From contig JBAOIA010000012.1 in NCBI GenBank assembly GCA_037045145.1, forward strand, positions 338,587 to 402,586: a DNA stretch of 64,000 nucleotides, given 5' to 3'. This DNA is from Bacteroidia bacterium (GTDB taxonomy: Bacteria > Bacteroidota > Bacteroidia > AKYH767-A > OLB10). Each line of letters starts with the position of its first letter. Position 1 is the first letter of the stretch. A program made the position numbers and the translations under genes. Positions 61,413-64,000 of the stretch are shown in pieces. The notes beneath the pieces were generated by a model. The model saw nothing but the letters and a program-made list of their open reading frames with translations. It did not search any database and was not told the DNA's origin.

Positions 61413-62285
61413 TTATGGAATAATAATATTTAATGATTGCGGAATTATCTGTACTTCAACAGAAGAGACCATCCCTGCAGGTTCGCCATCAATATGCAAT
61501 GGCTGAGCATTATTAAATTGTGCTGAATATTTTTTTGCCTTTATGCACTTGTAACTATTGGATGTTCCTAATTTACCATTGAACATTTTAACTGCAAAAG
61601 GTATCATTTGCATTATAGAAGGTCGCTTTACAAGTACAATATCAAGCAAGCCATCGTTGACCTGTGCATGAGGTGCAATGCGTGCATTATTGCCAAACTG
61701 CGAGCTGTTGGCTATGCACATCATCCATGCTCTTTGTTGCTTCCCTTCTACATCAATAAATTTCATTTCTTCAAAGTCAGAAATACTTCGTATAACAGTA
61801 TTGATGTAAGACTTCAACCCTCTAACTTTTAGCGCTGCAAAACGATGTGCCACAAGTGCATCAAAACCTACTCCTACAAGGTTTACGGCAAACCTGCCAT
61901 TAACCAAAAAGGTATCAATTGCAACTTGCTTTCCTTCAATCAATAATGCAATAGCTTTTTTATAATCCATTGGTATGCGTAAATGTCGGGCAAGTCCATT
62001 TCCTGATCCGGTTGGTATAATAGCCAAAGCCGTTTCACTATCCTTCAATACTTGTGCAGTTTCGTTTACAGTACCATCGCCACCAACGCAAACAACCAAA
62101 TTCACTTTATCTCTTACAGCTTCTGCTGCAAGTGTAGTTGCATGTCCTGCAAATTCAGTCTTCTTAAAGACACTTTCAATTGCATACTTACTGAGCGTTT
62201 CATTAGCAACAGCAACAATATTCTCATTGAGCCCATGCCCTGCTATGGGATTTAAAATAAACATTACACGCTTGCCGCTACTCAT
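61413..62285 (-). CDS. diacylglycerol/lipid kinase family protein (YegS/DagK-like)
   Basis: 'LVVCVGGDGTVNE', 'IPTGSGNGLARHL' and 'VNGRFAVNLVGVGFDA'. Confidence 0.85.
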   Translation of the reverse strand: MSSGKRVMFILNPIAGHGLNENIVAVANETLSKYAIESVFKKTEFAGHATTLAAEAVRDKVNLVVCVGGDGTVNETAQVLKDSETALAIIPTGSGNGLARHLRIPMDYKKAIALLIEGKQVAIDTFLVNGRFAVNLVGVGFDALVAHRFAALKVRGLKSYINTVIRSISDFEEMKFIDVEGKQQRAWMMCIANSSQFGNNARIAPHAQVNDGLLDIVLVKRPSIMQMIPFAVKMFNGKLGTSNSYKCIKAKKYSAQFNNAQPLHIDGEPAGMVSSVEVQIIPQSLNIIIP

Positions 62286-63993
62286 CTTCTGTAAGTTTAT
62301 TGTGAATCATGCTTCTGTTATACAAACTAACAAATACTTTTAATGTGTTTGAAGCTTCTGCAGAATCGTTCACTGCTTTTGCATTACGCAGTACAAAATG
62401 ATACTCTGAGTCAAAGTCTGTAACAGAAATGCTGTTGTTGGTAATCAACTGATAGGAGCCATCAAGAAAACTAACCGCAAAACGGATGCTTACAGTTTTA
62501 TCGAAAATACTATTGCCGAAAAACTTAAAACTGTCCGGATAATGCAAATAATTTAATACCCCGGGAACTATATCGGTATGTTGCGTAACATTTTCATACT
62601 GCCCTTGTAGCAGGCTGTCATCAGGAGCAAAATACACAATTGGAACTTCGTAAATTCCTGTTCGTGTTTGATACTGACTTACCACTGAAGGCCCTGTATG
62701 ATCTGCTGTAATAATAAAAAGTGTGTTATGATACCATGATTGTTTTTTAGCACAATCAAAATATTGCTGAAGTGCATAATCGGCATATCGCACCGACTGA
62801 TGTATTGGCTGCTCACCTTCTTTAAATCTTGAATTGTATTGAGGCGGTATTGCATAAGGATGATGTGATGAAAGTGAAAAAATGGTGGCAACAAAAGGTT
62901 GTTTTTGTTTATTTAATTCATGACAAAAAAACTGAAAGAATGGTTCATCATAAACCCCCCATGTACCATCATAATCTTTGTCGCCATATTCATTTCTTCC
63001 AACATAATGATCATACCCGGCCATTTTGGTAAAATTCTCAAAACCCATTGTGCCATTATTCCCTCCATGATAAAACGAAGAAGTATAACCATATTTTTTT
63101 AGCAGAAAAGGCAGACTATTCAGGTTATTACTATTGTATTGCCCACTGATGTATGGAGTGTTCATTAATGCGGGAATTCCTGAAACAATACCCGGTATGC
63201 CTTCAATAGATTTCTTGCCATTGGCAAAGGCATTGGTACACGTTAAACTGTGCTGCATTAATGAGTCTAAAAACGGTGTATAACCCTTGCCCTGATTAAA
63301 ATAACCTGTATATTCTTTACCAAAACTTTCCATGATAATTAATACCACATTCATTGGTTTAAATACTCCTGAGTTTGCATAACTATGCTGCGGATTGAAG
63401 TATGTCAAATCTGAAGGAATCTTCTTGTCAAAGTCGTAGTTCTTCAGTTCATCTTTTCCAATTGTTTTCAGGATGGTAAATGTGGTGTTGAGTACTGTTG
63501 CTACATTCTGATTGCTTGTATAGCGTGCTGCAGTTAGTACTGAAATAGGTTTGTACTGTAATCCACCTCTGAATAAAAGAACTGTTAAACCAATGGTAAC
63601 TGCAATTTCAACAAACCACCATCTGCTTTTTCCTGTTCTCTGTTTTATGAACCACAGAAATGACTTATAAAGTACAACAGAAAGAATCAGAAATCCGGTT
63701 AACAGCCCCCAATAGTCGCGTAACAACGATGGTAACATATTGAAGAAATCATCGCCTAACATGGCTACACCAAAAAAATCGGCAGTAGTACGTTTTTGTG
63801 TAAAATGAAAATAACCGACATCAATTAGGTTAAAAAGCAGAAATGGGAGATTTGAGAGTAAGAACAATGATGTAATTACAATTCTTGCTGATTTTTGATG
63901 AAACTTAAGCGGCAATAGTAATATGACTGAAACAAGCACGTTTGTTATAAAAATAGCACTAAGGTCAAAGCGAAGACCGGCAAAAAGCACCAT
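62278..63993 (-). CDS. LTA-synthase-family sulfatase-fold membrane protein (phosphoglycerol/phosphoethanolamine transferase-like)
   Basis: Five N-terminal TM helices followed by a sulfatase domain 'NVVLIIMESFGKEYTG' with the metal-binding core 'HHGGNNGT'. Confidence 0.8.
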   Translation of the reverse strand: MVLFAGLRFDLSAIFITNVLVSVILLLPLKFHQKSARIVITSLFLLSNLPFLLFNLIDVGYFHFTQKRTTADFFGVAMLGDDFFNMLPSLLRDYWGLLTGFLILSVVLYKSFLWFIKQRTGKSRWWFVEIAVTIGLTVLLFRGGLQYKPISVLTAARYTSNQNVATVLNTTFTILKTIGKDELKNYDFDKKIPSDLTYFNPQHSYANSGVFKPMNVVLIIMESFGKEYTGYFNQGKGYTPFLDSLMQHSLTCTNAFANGKKSIEGIPGIVSGIPALMNTPYISGQYNSNNLNSLPFLLKKYGYTSSFYHGGNNGTMGFENFTKMAGYDHYVGRNEYGDKDYDGTWGVYDEPFFQFFCHELNKQKQPFVATIFSLSSHHPYAIPPQYNSRFKEGEQPIHQSVRYADYALQQYFDCAKKQSWYHNTLFIITADHTGPSVVSQYQTRTGIYEVPIVYFAPDDSLLQGQYENVTQHTDIVPGVLNYLHYPDSFKFFGNSIFDKTVSIRFAVSFLDGSYQLITNNSISVTDFDSEYHFVLRNAKAVNDSAEASNTLKVFVSLYNRSMIHNKLTEDE

Positions 63994-64000
63994 TAAAATT

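Noticed and set aside
1-64000. Looked for mobile-element signatures: transposase/integrase ORFs, terminal inverted repeats, and tRNA-flanking islands next to the tRNA-like gene at about 60.96 kb.
   Set aside because: No recombinase-like ORF is present anywhere. Genes downstream of the tRNA-like locus (SUI1, lipid kinase, LTA-synthase family) are core functions.

Overview
This 64-kb window reads as ordinary core chromosome of a low-GC Bacteroidota genome (T9SS C-terminal sorting domain protein, a TonB-dependent receptor, and a dnaA / LMW-PTP / methyltransferase neighbourhood I recognise as typical of the phylum). Coding density is high and almost every ORF has a recognisable housekeeping or cell-envelope function. 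Landmarks are carB, ribF, mutL followed by two tandem rhomboids, dnaA, cdaA, mazG-trmD-rplS, zapA-rny, lpxD and rimO. There are also two separate Wzx/Wzy-type glycan modules: GT2 + GT-C + flippase + Wzz + ligase at 13.9-20.4 kb, and a degraded flippase + ligase + two GT4 at 56.0-60.7 kb. I found no transposase, integrase, CRISPR array or obvious defence island. The most unusual element is a lone 244-aa Cas6-family (RAMP) endoribonuclease homologue at 30043-30777, sitting among envelope genes with no array or other cas gene anywhere in the window. Other points worth a second look are a beta-barrel OMP gene broken by a single in-frame TAA, a Wzx flippase remnant with an internal deletion and frameshift, a noncanonical tRNA-like gene (candidate tRNA-Cys) beside a bidirectional terminator, a GT51 transglycosylase with the domain at the C-terminus, and the absence of a DnaA-box cluster next to dnaA. 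All functional calls come from motif-level reading of the supplied translations and need profile searches to confirm. Non-ORF coordinates were located by eye and may be off by 1-2 nt.
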